Shown: positions 19,074 through 28,190, numbered from the stretch's first letter. The stretch is 64,000 nt of DNA from Methanobacteriota archaeon (GCA_963719035.1 CAVRAO010000002.1:512001-576000), one strand, 5' to 3'. Numbers and translations are program-made. Notes: generated from the sequence alone by a model not told the origin.

Positions 19074-19866
19074 ACAATATGACTTCAGCGTTAACGACGT
19101 GAGTGCCGTTTACGCTGGACCAGGCGGAAAACTGTGGGAACTCTTAATGGGTGAAGAGATCCACGTCGGTGGGGCCGAACAGACAGATTATTTAGCAAAG
19201 AAAGTCGGCATTGATGGGAGCACGGATCTCATCCTCTTAGACATATGTTCTGCCCTCGGCGGTCCTGCCCGGCACCTGGTCGAAAAATATGGCATCAGAG
19301 TCGTCGGAGTGGACATCACACCGGAAATGATCGCAGAAGCCCAAAAGCGAACCATGGGTAAACCCTTCAAGGACAAGATCGAATATCGCGTTGGTTCCGC
19401 CCTCGACTTGCCCGCTCATGCGAAATCTTTTGATGTCGTGTGGGGTCAAGACTCCTGGTGCTATGTCAGGGACAAGAAACGGCTCATCGACGAAACGGCA
19501 CGAGTACTCAAGTCCGGTGCGACTTTGGCGTTTACGGATTGGATTTGGGGTTCGGTACAAGCCCCCCCAAATGAGGCGGATTTCCTCATGGCGTTTATGG
19601 TATTTCCCGATTTGCAGACCTTAGATGGATATGCAAATTTGATTCGGGCAGCAGGATTGAAATTAAACGAACAAGAAGACCTGAGTATTGATTTCGCGCA
19701 GAATATGGATCAATACTTGGTTACCCTAAAGAAGAACAAGGGGAACATCATTGCAGACTTTGGCAATGATCTGTATAATGAAGCGGAAAAGGGCATAATA
19801 GCTTGGAATAAGGCCGCCCACGAAAAAAAAGTTGGGCGAGGACTCTGGATTGCAACTAAAACGTGA
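19066..19866 (+). CDS. Class I SAM-dependent methyltransferase (SDMT/sterol-MT-like)
   Basis: GEEIHVGG, LLDICSALGGPAR, GVDIT, FDVVWGQD and RVLKSG motifs. Overlaps the rSAM stop. Confidence 0.9.
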   Translation: MNRQYDFSVNDVSAVYAGPGGKLWELLMGEEIHVGGAEQTDYLAKKVGIDGSTDLILLDICSALGGPARHLVEKYGIRVVGVDITPEMIAEAQKRTMGKPFKDKIEYRVGSALDLPAHAKSFDVVWGQDSWCYVRDKKRLIDETARVLKSGATLAFTDWIWGSVQAPPNEADFLMAFMVFPDLQTLDGYANLIRAAGLKLNEQEDLSIDFAQNMDQYLVTLKKNKGNIIADFGNDLYNEAEKGIIAWNKAAHEKKVGRGLWIATKT

Positions 19867-20698
19867 ATCTGTCGAACCTAAATCTCACGGGACAGAAAGT
19901 GGATCAACAAAGAATGTTGTTATCATATTTTCTAAGGTTCCGGTGGCCGGGGCCGTAAAAACTCGCCTTATCAAAGACTCCATTTTAGGTGCAGAGGATG
20001 CTGCCTTACTCGCTGAGGCAATGTTGAAGGATACAATATTACTTTCCGCCGAAAGTAACGCGAGCGAAATCGTGATTGGATTGACCCCTGCAGACGAACG
20101 GGAATCCATGGAGCGGATTGTAAAGGAAGTCGTGAAGGAGAGACATTTGGAACGACCTATTACATTTCTCACCCAAAGCGGCACGAATTTTGATGAGCGA
20201 TTTGGATCCGTGGTCTCCGCAGCTTTTGCCATGGGCTCGGAAAATTTAGTAATTTTGGGCGAAGACCTCCCTTATTTACCCCCGGATATTATAAACCGCA
20301 CCTTCTCATTTCTCATGGAAGATAGGAGCAATAATTCCGTAGTTCTCGGTCCCGCTGGCGAGGGAGGCATTTATCTCGTGGGAATTACACGGCATTTCGA
20401 TCCGGAATATTTTTCAAAAAACAAGCTGTTTTCCGGGGGCGTAGAAATCTCTCAATTCATAAAACTTTGTAAAAATGAAGGAATGGTTCTAAAATTACTC
20501 CCCGCATTCAATGATGTCGATATTGAAGGAGATCTGGTCTCTCTCCTGCTTTATATTGATGCTATGAAAATCGCAAAGAAGTTCGAAGGGTTTTATTTCC
20601 CTAGTTACACCGCAGATGCAATAACCCAGCTCAGATTGATCGTCTTGGAGCATAGAGGAGAAACTAGACATCGAAGGATTGGCATAATGCGAGCGTGA
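19832..20698 (+). CDS. DUF2064/TIGR04282-type CofC-like transferase
   Basis: IFSKVPVAGAVKTRL, Q.G..F.ER, GEDLP, VLGPA.EGG.YLVG and DVD..DL motifs. Start uncertain. Confidence 0.85.
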   Translation: MGEDSGLQLKRESVEPKSHGTESGSTKNVVIIFSKVPVAGAVKTRLIKDSILGAEDAALLAEAMLKDTILLSAESNASEIVIGLTPADERESMERIVKEVVKERHLERPITFLTQSGTNFDERFGSVVSAAFAMGSENLVILGEDLPYLPPDIINRTFSFLMEDRSNNSVVLGPAGEGGIYLVGITRHFDPEYFSKNKLFSGGVEISQFIKLCKNEGMVLKLLPAFNDVDIEGDLVSLLLYIDAMKIAKKFEGFYFPSYTADAITQLRLIVLEHRGETRHRRIGIMRA

Positions 20699-20730
20699 GC
20701 GGATTGTTAATTTCCGTTATCACCATAACT

Positions 20731-21129
20731 CTAAATGAGGGCACAATTCTTTCGATAACAATATAGAACGCCCGAGAAGTGTCCCAGACTCCAAAAGAGT
20801 GGGTTTGTCCAAGGTGTGCTTGCACGGTATTCCGACATGATCGAGCAGGCCGAGAAGTTTTCCGTCACCTTAGAGCTTACCATGAACTCTATGGCCTTTT
20901 CGTTAGGCGATATAACCACGAGGAGGGCTAGTGCTCCTTTATGAACGGTCTGATAGATTCGAGTGGGTAGTCCTGCAAGCCTAGAAAAGGTATGCGGCAG
21001 CCTGATCGTGGGATAGCTGTAACCTGTTTTTGCGCGGTGGAGCGAGATTTTGCTGTGGTGATTCTCCAGTAGCTCATCTTTCGATGGTGCAACGTTAGCA
21101 AAAAGATCTGGGCAGTTGTTCTGCAGCAA
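20731..21129 (-). CDS. AbrB-like hypothetical protein (paralog of 25393-25802)
   Basis: SKISLHRAKTGYSYPTIRLP resembles SKVTRLNAKTGITYPLIRLP. Start uncertain. Confidence 0.6.
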   Translation of the reverse strand: MLQNNCPDLFANVAPSKDELLENHHSKISLHRAKTGYSYPTIRLPHTFSRLAGLPTRIYQTVHKGALALLVVISPNEKAIEFMVSSKVTENFSACSIMSEYRASTPWTNPLFWSLGHFSGVLYCYRKNCALI

Positions 21130-21375
21130 GCATAATACTGAAGGAAATCGGCGCTGATCGCTTAACCGTTGTGGGTAGCCGCCTGTGACTTAGCTATACC
21201 AACACTCCGATAATACAGAATCAAAACGCGACTTGTTTAACTGAAATTGCGTGCTGGTAGTTGTATAGGTCGCTGCTCATTAAAAGAGATTAATAAGCTA
21301 AGATAAAGATCGATTCGCACGCCACGCCCTTCCCGCCTTTCTCCTGAAAGTCAAAAAAACAGGGGCCCGGAGAGA

Positions 21376-23178
21376 CTATCTACCTCCGGCACCGCCACCG
21401 CCAAACCCTCCTCCACCGCCACCGCCAAAGCCGCCCCCGTGGCTGGGAGATGTGAAGGCAATGAGTGGGATAAAGGCGTGATTCATTCCAACAGCCCCGA
21501 CGGGAACGCCGACGTCCGCCACTCGGACATTGAGGGACTGCATAGCCTTCTCCACCTTTTCACCGACGCCGAGGGCCGTTCCGTAGATAAGCCAGTCGCC
21601 CCACATGGAAAGATCCGCAGGAGTGTATTTCTGGATCATGGCCATATCCGACAGGAAATGGGCGAATGCGTCCCACTCGAGTTTCTCCTTGTAGCGGTCA
21701 TCCTTCCAGCGCCCGAAGAGTGTTGAGGGGGCGGCGAACGCAATAGCGACCTGCACACACACGACGACCCAGATGACAAGTGCGGGGCCGGCGATATGCC
21801 TTACCGTCGGTGCGACTAGGAACGTGATGATAGCAATCCCAAGCAATGCAATGCCGACCGTCAAGGGCGGAATCAACCTGTGCCTGCCATTCACAACGTA
21901 CTGATTACCGAGAGCGGGGTCCACCTTCTTTGTGACGTTAGCAAGCGACCGCTGATACGCCATGGTGGTTTCCTCAGCTCTTCTGCTGTGCTTAGCCTTC
22001 TTCGCCAGCGCCTCGATACGATCGGTGTCGAGCACGCCGTTCTCTGAGACCTCGGCGATAAAGGCGAGAACCCGCTGCTCGTACGGATCAGACACCTGCT
22101 CAGAGAGGACCCGTATCTCGATTCCCTCGCCCTCTCCTTTCTCCTTTATGGCGATCACCTTCCTTCGGTGAAGGTCGAGTAGGGTGGCATAGTACCCCTC
22201 TTTATCGAAGCTGAGCGCATCCGCCTTGAAGAGCAGGTTCACCTGCCACGGCTTGAGCGTCGTGCTCGGCATCGTGCTCAGGTAGGCCGGCACCGTGAAC
22301 ACCTTCTCCCTGCCGTACCTGCTATAGATGATGATAAAGCTCAGTGGGACGAGGATAATCGCGATCGTCCCGAGAATTTCAACCAGGTTCGCGGCGTAGT
22401 AGGGAAGGGTGTTCGAGAACGCCGCGGCAGCGGTTTTTCCGCTTACGTCGTCTACCGGCGTCCGGAACCCGGGGAAACTGCTGAACCCCTCAGACGTCCC
22501 GAGCATCTCAACCGCAAGGATCTCATTTGCAGCAAGGCTGCCGGTGATGACGTAACCGTCTCCTACTTTCTCGGTGTGCAGTGAGGGGGGATAGGCATAC
22601 ACCTTGTCGATCCCCATGGCCGGAATCGTGATCTTCACGCTCCTGTACGGGATGTGCGTCTCGCCCGCAAGTTTCAGGTTGAGATGGGTGGTCGTTGCAT
22701 CCTGTTCGAGTGGCGGATGGATGACGTACGTGTACTGAGCCGTGTATGTCCCTGCGTTGTAGGATGACGGGTTAAAGATCCCCACCTCGTTGTACAGTGC
22801 GTTGTCCTTGATCCAGTTGCGGTATAACCCGGCGGTGGAAGGGCCATAAATCGTAACATTGCCGGAATTGTCCTTGATGTAACCAATGGTGCCGGGTGCG
22901 GGCGTCATAGATACCAGCCGGATATACGGTTGTGTGCTGTCGTTGAGTGTGAGCGGGGCCTCCCAGTAGCGATAGAGCATGCTATACTCCCAGCTGCTTC
23001 CTACGTTGTAGGTGTACTGTTCGGAGAGCGTCCCGTTCTCATACAGTACCGCCTCGTAGGAGCTTACGGTGAGGCTTCCAGCAAAAAGAGGGACAATTAC
23101 CGGGATAAGGACGAGGGCGATAAGCCCGATGGCGAGGCCTGCCCCCACCACCAGTCCCAGTTGTCGTGTTTCGCCCAC
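21376..23178 (-). CDS. DUF2207 family membrane protein
   Basis: W.AF..FL.D...W..WL.YGTALGV motif, Gly-rich C-tail, next to LemA. Confidence 0.88.
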   Translation of the reverse strand: MGETRQLGLVVGAGLAIGLIALVLIPVIVPLFAGSLTVSSYEAVLYENGTLSEQYTYNVGSSWEYSMLYRYWEAPLTLNDSTQPYIRLVSMTPAPGTIGYIKDNSGNVTIYGPSTAGLYRNWIKDNALYNEVGIFNPSSYNAGTYTAQYTYVIHPPLEQDATTTHLNLKLAGETHIPYRSVKITIPAMGIDKVYAYPPSLHTEKVGDGYVITGSLAANEILAVEMLGTSEGFSSFPGFRTPVDDVSGKTAAAAFSNTLPYYAANLVEILGTIAIILVPLSFIIIYSRYGREKVFTVPAYLSTMPSTTLKPWQVNLLFKADALSFDKEGYYATLLDLHRRKVIAIKEKGEGEGIEIRVLSEQVSDPYEQRVLAFIAEVSENGVLDTDRIEALAKKAKHSRRAEETTMAYQRSLANVTKKVDPALGNQYVVNGRHRLIPPLTVGIALLGIAIITFLVAPTVRHIAGPALVIWVVVCVQVAIAFAAPSTLFGRWKDDRYKEKLEWDAFAHFLSDMAMIQKYTPADLSMWGDWLIYGTALGVGEKVEKAMQSLNVRVADVGVPVGAVGMNHAFIPLIAFTSPSHGGGFGGGGGGGFGGGGAGGR

Positions 23179-23190
23179 AGGAATTACCCG

Positions 23191-23748
23191 TCAGAACTCG
23201 ATCTTCGGTGGAGTCTTGATCGCTTCCTCGAACTGGAGGTACTCGAGCTTGACGAGGTGCATCAGGTTTGCGATGAAGTTCGAGGGGATAGTGTCCGTCA
23301 TGGTGTTGAATTCCTGCGAGATGTTGTTGAAGGTGTAGCGCTGGCGTGCGATCTCATCCTCGAGTGTCTTGACCGAGTCCATCAGGCTGGTGACCGTGGT
23401 CGAGGTCTTGAGGTCAGGGTAGGCCTCTGCAACCGCAAGCAGCCGGCCGAAGATAGAACGGGACTCGGCATCGACCTTGTTAAGGTCACCGGTAGAGGCC
23501 GTGGCAACGCTTGCCCGCATTGCCGTAACCCGTTCAAGGGTCTCCTTCTCAAACTTCGCATAGCTCTTGACGGCTCCGAGAAGCTCGTCAATCATGTCGA
23601 GCCTCTTCTTCATAGCGACCCGGATCTGGCCAAGTGTGGCCTCGGAGGAGTTCTTCAGGCTGACGAACCGGTTGTAGATACTGACTGCCCAGAGGATCAG
23701 TACGACAACGACAAGGGCGATGACGCCCAGGACAATCCATTCGATCAT
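23191..23748 (-). CDS. lemA: LemA family protein
   Basis: N-terminal TM, YN..V, KRLD.I and AVAEAYPDLK motifs. Confidence 0.92.
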   Translation of the reverse strand: MIEWIVLGVIALVVVVLILWAVSIYNRFVSLKNSSEATLGQIRVAMKKRLDMIDELLGAVKSYAKFEKETLERVTAMRASVATASTGDLNKVDAESRSIFGRLLAVAEAYPDLKTSTTVTSLMDSVKTLEDEIARQRYTFNNISQEFNTMTDTIPSNFIANLMHLVKLEYLQFEEAIKTPPKIEF

Positions 23749-23812
23749 GATTCTCGCTGTAGTGAGGATCGTTCCATTAGATAAGATATAGTGTTGGCAG
23801 GCCGTTGCCTAC

Positions 23813-24421
23813 ATGAGGCGGAAGTCACAGGTTAGCAAGCTCACGATCAACAAAGACTTTGAGATCTTTTTAAAGAGAATTACGAATGACATAAAGACCA
23901 AAGAAATCATAAAAGAGTTATACGATCCAATATTAGACAGAGAAGAACTGATCATTCCTGGTTTAAGTACAAACCCGCCTCTCGCAATAAATCCTCTCCA
24001 AGCTTCTGTCACCTCAGAACTATCTGATCACTTAGTGACCCGTCAGCAGCAACCACAATTGCACACAAAAGAGACCGATGACACGTATACGCATACGGTT
24101 GTTACTTCCTTTACGCTCAAAGGGGTCAAATACGAAGTGAAGCGCTGGAGAGATGCGCTCACTAGCATTTGCGAGGTTATGCATGAAAAACATCGGGATC
24201 AGTTCTCACGAGTCTTAGAGTTAAAAGGACAGAAACATCACTGGTTTTCGACAAATCCAAGTGAACTCACTTTTCCAGATAGAATAGACGACTCAGCTTA
24301 TTATGTTCAAAATCATTGGGATGCTAATAGTATCGTGTCAATATCTAAAGCCATAATAGCCATATTTGGCTATTCAAAAGACGACCTTTTGTTTGACTTC
24401 AAGAAAAAGGCCGAGTTTTAA
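23813..24421 (+). CDS. Hypothetical protein with SeqA-like C-terminal domain
   Basis: F.L.G..Y....W...L...C...KGQKHHWFS....L..P..I....YYV..H..A..I......FGY pattern recalled from restriction-associated proteins. Confidence 0.55.
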   Translation: MRRKSQVSKLTINKDFEIFLKRITNDIKTKEIIKELYDPILDREELIIPGLSTNPPLAINPLQASVTSELSDHLVTRQQQPQLHTKETDDTYTHTVVTSFTLKGVKYEVKRWRDALTSICEVMHEKHRDQFSRVLELKGQKHHWFSTNPSELTFPDRIDDSAYYVQNHWDANSIVSISKAIIAIFGYSKDDLLFDFKKKAEF

Positions 24422-24576
24422 AAAAGCATTGCATAAGGGTAATTTTTCGACACTTTAAAGCCAGAAATTTAACGGTTTACACTAACAGCAATCAATTCTT
24501 TTCTGAGGCTATCTTTCGAATTTAACACTATTTAATATACCATAGTTATATCTAATTATGTGACGTGTAGTGGCTT

Positions 24577-24720
24577 ATGTCTGGAAAGACAACGATTGAA
24601 GTAGAGAAGTCGACTCGTGAGGCTTTGAAACTTCTGGGTAGAAAAGGAGAGACGTATAATCAGATCATTTTGCGGCTGATTGTGAAGGAACGCGACGAGA
24701 GGGAAATAAGAAATGACTGA
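24577..24720 (+). CDS. 47-aa RHH/antitoxin-like protein (MSGKTTIEVEKSTREALKLLGRKGETYNQIILRLI...)
   Basis: Hand translation. Classic archaeal TTI.V...TR..L..LG.KGETY..II.RL pattern. Confidence 0.8.
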   Translation: MSGKTTIEVEKSTREALKLLGRKGETYNQIILRLIVKERDEREIRND

Positions 24721-25366
24721 TCAAATCGCACCTCCGCCTCCCACTGATCGCGTGGTTGAATTTTTTCCCACCTATTATATAACGCTCATCAGTATCATCC
24801 AAGTGACTGCATTTGGATACCTGCTGCTTGTGGCAAAGGATCAATTGTCATCCATACTCTCAGGTACCTATGACCCCATCTGGACTATTCTAATCGTCGG
24901 TTTTTTCATTATGATAGCGGCAACGTGGATGAATTATACCCATTTCATAACGGTGTTGCGATTAAAGCCCACGTCTCTTGACGCGTTGATACCGTTTTGT
25001 TTTGGCGCAACCCAAGCTTTGGTCATCTTCTGTATTGGTCTGCAGCAGCTCGCGTGGTTTTACTTTGCAAATATTGCAAACGCAGTGGTAGCAATAACCC
25101 AGACCTACGCTACGGCGCGAGAAGCGAGGTTACACCAAGAGTACGAGGAGAATCGAGCGTATGTTGAAAAAATGGAGAGATTCGGGACATTCTCAATGCT
25201 CAGACGATGGTACGCCACGCGCTTGCTAATATTCATAGTCTTTGGGATTACAGAAGCACTGTTCAATCTGCATTCGTTGTTGCTTGCCATCGTTTATCTC
25301 GCATTATGTGTTATGTCGTTCGTTTTTGTTGGGCGCGGAGCTAAACAAATCGCGTCAACGTCGTAA
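24713..25366 (+). CDS. Multi-pass membrane hypothetical protein
   Basis: About 6 hydrophobic segments. Overlaps the stop of the RHH gene. Confidence 0.75.
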   Translation: MTDQIAPPPPTDRVVEFFPTYYITLISIIQVTAFGYLLLVAKDQLSSILSGTYDPIWTILIVGFFIMIAATWMNYTHFITVLRLKPTSLDALIPFCFGATQALVIFCIGLQQLAWFYFANIANAVVAITQTYATAREARLHQEYEENRAYVEKMERFGTFSMLRRWYATRLLIFIVFGITEALFNLHSLLLAIVYLALCVMSFVFVGRGAKQIASTS

Positions 25367-25392
25367 TAGACACACAGAGAAAAGGAGGAAAA

Positions 25393-25802
25393 ATGCAGCT
25401 CGTTGGAAAATCAAAGGTAACACGATTGAACGCTAAAACCGGGATAACGTATCCGCTTATCAGGTTGCCAAAAGCATATGCAAATGAAATCGGCAAAACT
25501 GCTGAGTTTTACGAGATAGAAAAGAACGACTCTCGTGGACTCCTTACTCTTTCCCGGAATTGATTGAATCGAAAAAAGTTATACAACCTGAGCCCGAAGT
25601 TATACAACCTGAACCTGAAGTTAGACAACTTGGTTGCCAAAAAGACATTGAACAACGTCTGGTTGAACTCGAATCAAAAATCAGTGAGCTAAAATTACTT
25701 CTTCTTTTAAATGAAGTCGTTAGCTTACACGAAAATCAAAAATCCAATGGGCTCGGCCGGATTCGGACCGGCGACCTCCGCCATGTCAAGGCGACGTCAT
25801 AA
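25393..25802 (+). pseudogene. AbrB-like protein split by a frameshift near 25550-25563, with C-terminus reading antisense into tRNA-Val
   Basis: AGGAGG RBS. 25393-25563 encodes MQLVGKSKVTRLNAKTGITYPLIRLP..., and the 25560-25802 frame continues VIQPEPEVIQP...GLGRIRTGDLRHVKATS. Confidence 0.65.
25576..25632. repeat. Three tandem 21-bp repeats (third partial) with AAGTT-N4-AACYT palindromic core
   Basis: aagttatacaacctgagcccg / aagttatacaacctgaacctg / aagttagacaacttg. Confidence 0.85.
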
Positions 25803-25821
25803 CCAGCTAGACCACGAGCCC
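25748..25821 (-). tRNA. tRNA-Val(GAC), with C at position 55
   Basis: GGGCTCGTGGTCTAGCTGGTTATGACGTCGCCTTGACATGGCGGAGGTCGCCGGTCCGAATCCGGCCGAGCCCA folds as a full cloverleaf. No encoded CCA. Confidence 0.95.
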
Positions 25822-25840
25822 TGCAGCACGCTATTTGACC

Positions 25841-25853
25841 TATTTATAATAAA
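25841..25853 (-). promoter_or_regulatory. TATA box of tRNA-Val
   Basis: tttattataaata ~20-30 nt upstream of the tRNA 5' end. Confidence 0.6.
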
Positions 25854-26140
25854 TCTATTGTCAAGTGAGTTACGTTGATTATTGCGAGAGATCATGTAAT
25901 TTGTCAATGTTTATAGACGTTCTTCTAAACTGCTCGATCTGAAAGCGACCGCCAATCTAACCGTGAGCAACAGCCGTACGGTCCTTACCCACCTTTACTT
26001 GAAACGGGTGAAGCTTTTCCGTTAGCAACTGTGAAAAAAAACCAAAATGTATAAACGGTTGGTGCGCTGTGTATACAGAAGCTTATCAGTTTTTTGCTAC
26101 TCGAATACAAAAGGCAGCACGTACAGAAGGTTGATCAAAG

Positions 26141-27073
26141 ATGGAACCGATAGTTATCGAGCATTTATCGAAAAAGTACGGGAAGCTCCTCGCTGTAGAC
26201 GACCTCAGTTTGGTCGTTGAACGCGGCGTGTGCGTTGGATATTTAGGCCCTAATGGAGCTGGCAAAACGACCACCATCAAGATGCTGACAAACCTTCTCA
26301 GGGCCACGAGCGGCAAAGCGTATCTTAACGGTATTGATGTCATCCATCACCCGAAAGCGGCGCTTGACGGAGTTGGGGCAGTCGTCGAGACGCCCGAATT
26401 CTACCCGCAACTAACTCCCAAGGAGTGTATGTCATACGTTGGAACGATACGCGGCATGAATGCCGACGCAATTGCTGACCGCTCGCATACAGCCTTGCAG
26501 CAGGTAAAACTCCTTGACGTCGCTGAAAGACGCACGGGCACATTTTCAAAGGGAATGAAGCAGCGGTTAGCGATTGCCCAAGCGCTGATGCACCAACCAT
26601 CAATACTGATCCTCGACGAACCAACGGCCGGCCTCGACCCACGAGGTATGGTCGAAGTAAGAGAAATTATTAAGGGACTGATAAAAACAGATATCACTAT
26701 TTTGATGAGTTCACACCTGTTAAACGAGGTACAGGAGGTCTGCGACAAAGTAGCCATTGTCGATCGCGGCGTTCTGCTCACGTACGATTCGGTCAAAAAC
26801 CTTTCAGTAGGGCAAGACGTAACGGTAACGATCAACACGCTCGACCCGGTTACACCTCCCGAGTTCAAGGCGATCAAAGCGCTCAAGGACGTGAAGTCCG
26901 TCAAACGCACACAAACGCTCACGCTCAAGGTCAGCTTCGGTGGCGGACCCCAAGCGCAGTTCCGAGTCCTAAGGGGGATCATGAACACCGGCATCAAGGT
27001 CGTTTCATACATGCCGCAACGAGCGGCCATAGAAGATATATATCTGCAACTCGTGCCTGAGGGGGAGGCGTAA
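26141..27073 (+). CDS. ABC-2 type transporter ATP-binding protein
   Basis: GPNGAGKTT, FSKGMKQR and ILDEPT motifs. Confidence 0.95.
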   Translation: MEPIVIEHLSKKYGKLLAVDDLSLVVERGVCVGYLGPNGAGKTTTIKMLTNLLRATSGKAYLNGIDVIHHPKAALDGVGAVVETPEFYPQLTPKECMSYVGTIRGMNADAIADRSHTALQQVKLLDVAERRTGTFSKGMKQRLAIAQALMHQPSILILDEPTAGLDPRGMVEVREIIKGLIKTDITILMSSHLLNEVQEVCDKVAIVDRGVLLTYDSVKNLSVGQDVTVTINTLDPVTPPEFKAIKALKDVKSVKRTQTLTLKVSFGGGPQAQFRVLRGIMNTGIKVVSYMPQRAAIEDIYLQLVPEGEA

Positions 27074-27075
27074 AC

Positions 27076-27903
27076 ATGGCGCCAAGCAGCGTACGGCAAA
27101 TTGCCACTGTAACGAAATATGAGCTCTTAAAATACCTCCGCGGACGTCGGTTGCTCGCCATCGTCGTGCTTACTATCATAATTAGCGCGATTTTTCTCAT
27201 CGTCCCGCCCGCAATCGGTTCTGCATACACAAAAGACCCGAAAGAGTTTACTGTCAACATGCTTTCGTTTCTAAGCATCCTGGCAATCCTGAGTGCAACG
27301 TTCTTCGGCGCTGACGCGATTGTCTCCGAGTACGAATCGAAAACGGGGTACTTTTTGTTTCCCAATCCGATCAGGAAAACAGCTATATTTCTCGGCAAGT
27401 TTATCGCAAGCGTACTCGTGTCTGTCGGCGCGATTGGGCTTTACTACGCGATAGCAGTTGTTTCAGTCCTCGTGATTGACGGCAGCATTCCGACGAATAC
27501 GGGCCTTTCATTCATCTACTCGCTTGTTTACCTATTCGCCATCCTTGCGATCGCTTACCTGTTCAGTGCGATTATGCGCAGTTCGGTATATTCTCTCGTG
27601 CTGACGTTCTTTACCTTCTTTCTCATCTTGCCAATTGTCGATGCCGTTGGCTCGATCGCGAAGTTCAAGCCGTGGTTCTCCATCACCTTCGCAAGTGGGA
27701 TCTCGCAGTACATTTTCCAGAGCCCATACCCAACCGACAAGGTGTTCAATGCTACGGCCTTCGGTGGACCAAACGCCGGTGAGTCGATGTTTTCGCTTGT
27801 GCAGTACTATCCTGAGATACGATTGAGCTTCATCGTGATGGCAGTGTACTTTATAGTTGCATTCATACTGGCCATACTCATAGCCCGACGAAGGGAAATG
27901 TAA
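27076..27903 (+). CDS. ABC-2 type transporter permease
   Basis: About 6 TMs, P.R..IF.GKF motif, follows the ATPase. Confidence 0.9.
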   Translation: MAPSSVRQIATVTKYELLKYLRGRRLLAIVVLTIIISAIFLIVPPAIGSAYTKDPKEFTVNMLSFLSILAILSATFFGADAIVSEYESKTGYFLFPNPIRKTAIFLGKFIASVLVSVGAIGLYYAIAVVSVLVIDGSIPTNTGLSFIYSLVYLFAILAIAYLFSAIMRSSVYSLVLTFFTFFLILPIVDAVGSIAKFKPWFSITFASGISQYIFQSPYPTDKVFNATAFGGPNAGESMFSLVQYYPEIRLSFIVMAVYFIVAFILAILIARRREM

Positions 27904-27926
27904 ATAGACCATACGGAGGTAAGCGC

Positions 27927-28163
27927 GTGGCGAAGAAGTTTGTGGTACAGAAAAAAACAGGTATTGACGTCAAAGAATACCGATGTAAACCAAGAAACGC
28001 TATAGCCGCGGTCATAGGAGAAACAGACCTCGCAAATGGAGTGATCTTCAAGACTGACGACGACAAATTCGTGGTCGTTTCAGAAGGGGCAGCAGCAGTA
28101 TACGACACGTACGACGAACTGCCTGCAAGTGTGAAGCAACAAAAAACTGAATCAGAACTCTAA
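27927..28163 (+). CDS. Small hypothetical protein
   Basis: GGAGGT RBS and GTG start. Confidence 0.6.
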   Translation: MAKKFVVQKKTGIDVKEYRCKPRNAIAAVIGETDLANGVIFKTDDDKFVVVSEGAAAVYDTYDELPASVKQQKTESEL

Positions 28164-28190
28164 ACGAATCAGCCCACGTTCGACCATTAG

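Larger units (their letters stand above)
1..25821. mobile_element. Putative tRNA-Val-anchored genomic island / accessory region (left boundary not visible)
   Basis: Abrupt composition shifts between genes, many small RHH/AbrB-like ORFs, pseudogenes and long intergenic gaps. The region ends at the 3' end of tRNA-Val, after which dense housekeeping genes follow. No integrase or att duplicate seen in the window. Confidence 0.55.

Noticed and set aside
19860-19870. Selenocysteine UGA in the rSAM cluster
   Set aside because: The TGA is at the natural methyltransferase end, the next gene is in a different frame, and no SECIS was recognised
21376-21440. ccaccg repeats
   Set aside because: They simply encode the Gly-rich tail typical of DUF2207 proteins
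22930-23784. 284-aa plus-strand ORF
   Set aside because: Antisense shadow of lemA/DUF2207 in GC-rich sequence, with no motifs
26401-27099. 232-aa minus-strand ORF
   Set aside because: Antisense to a clear ABC ATPase
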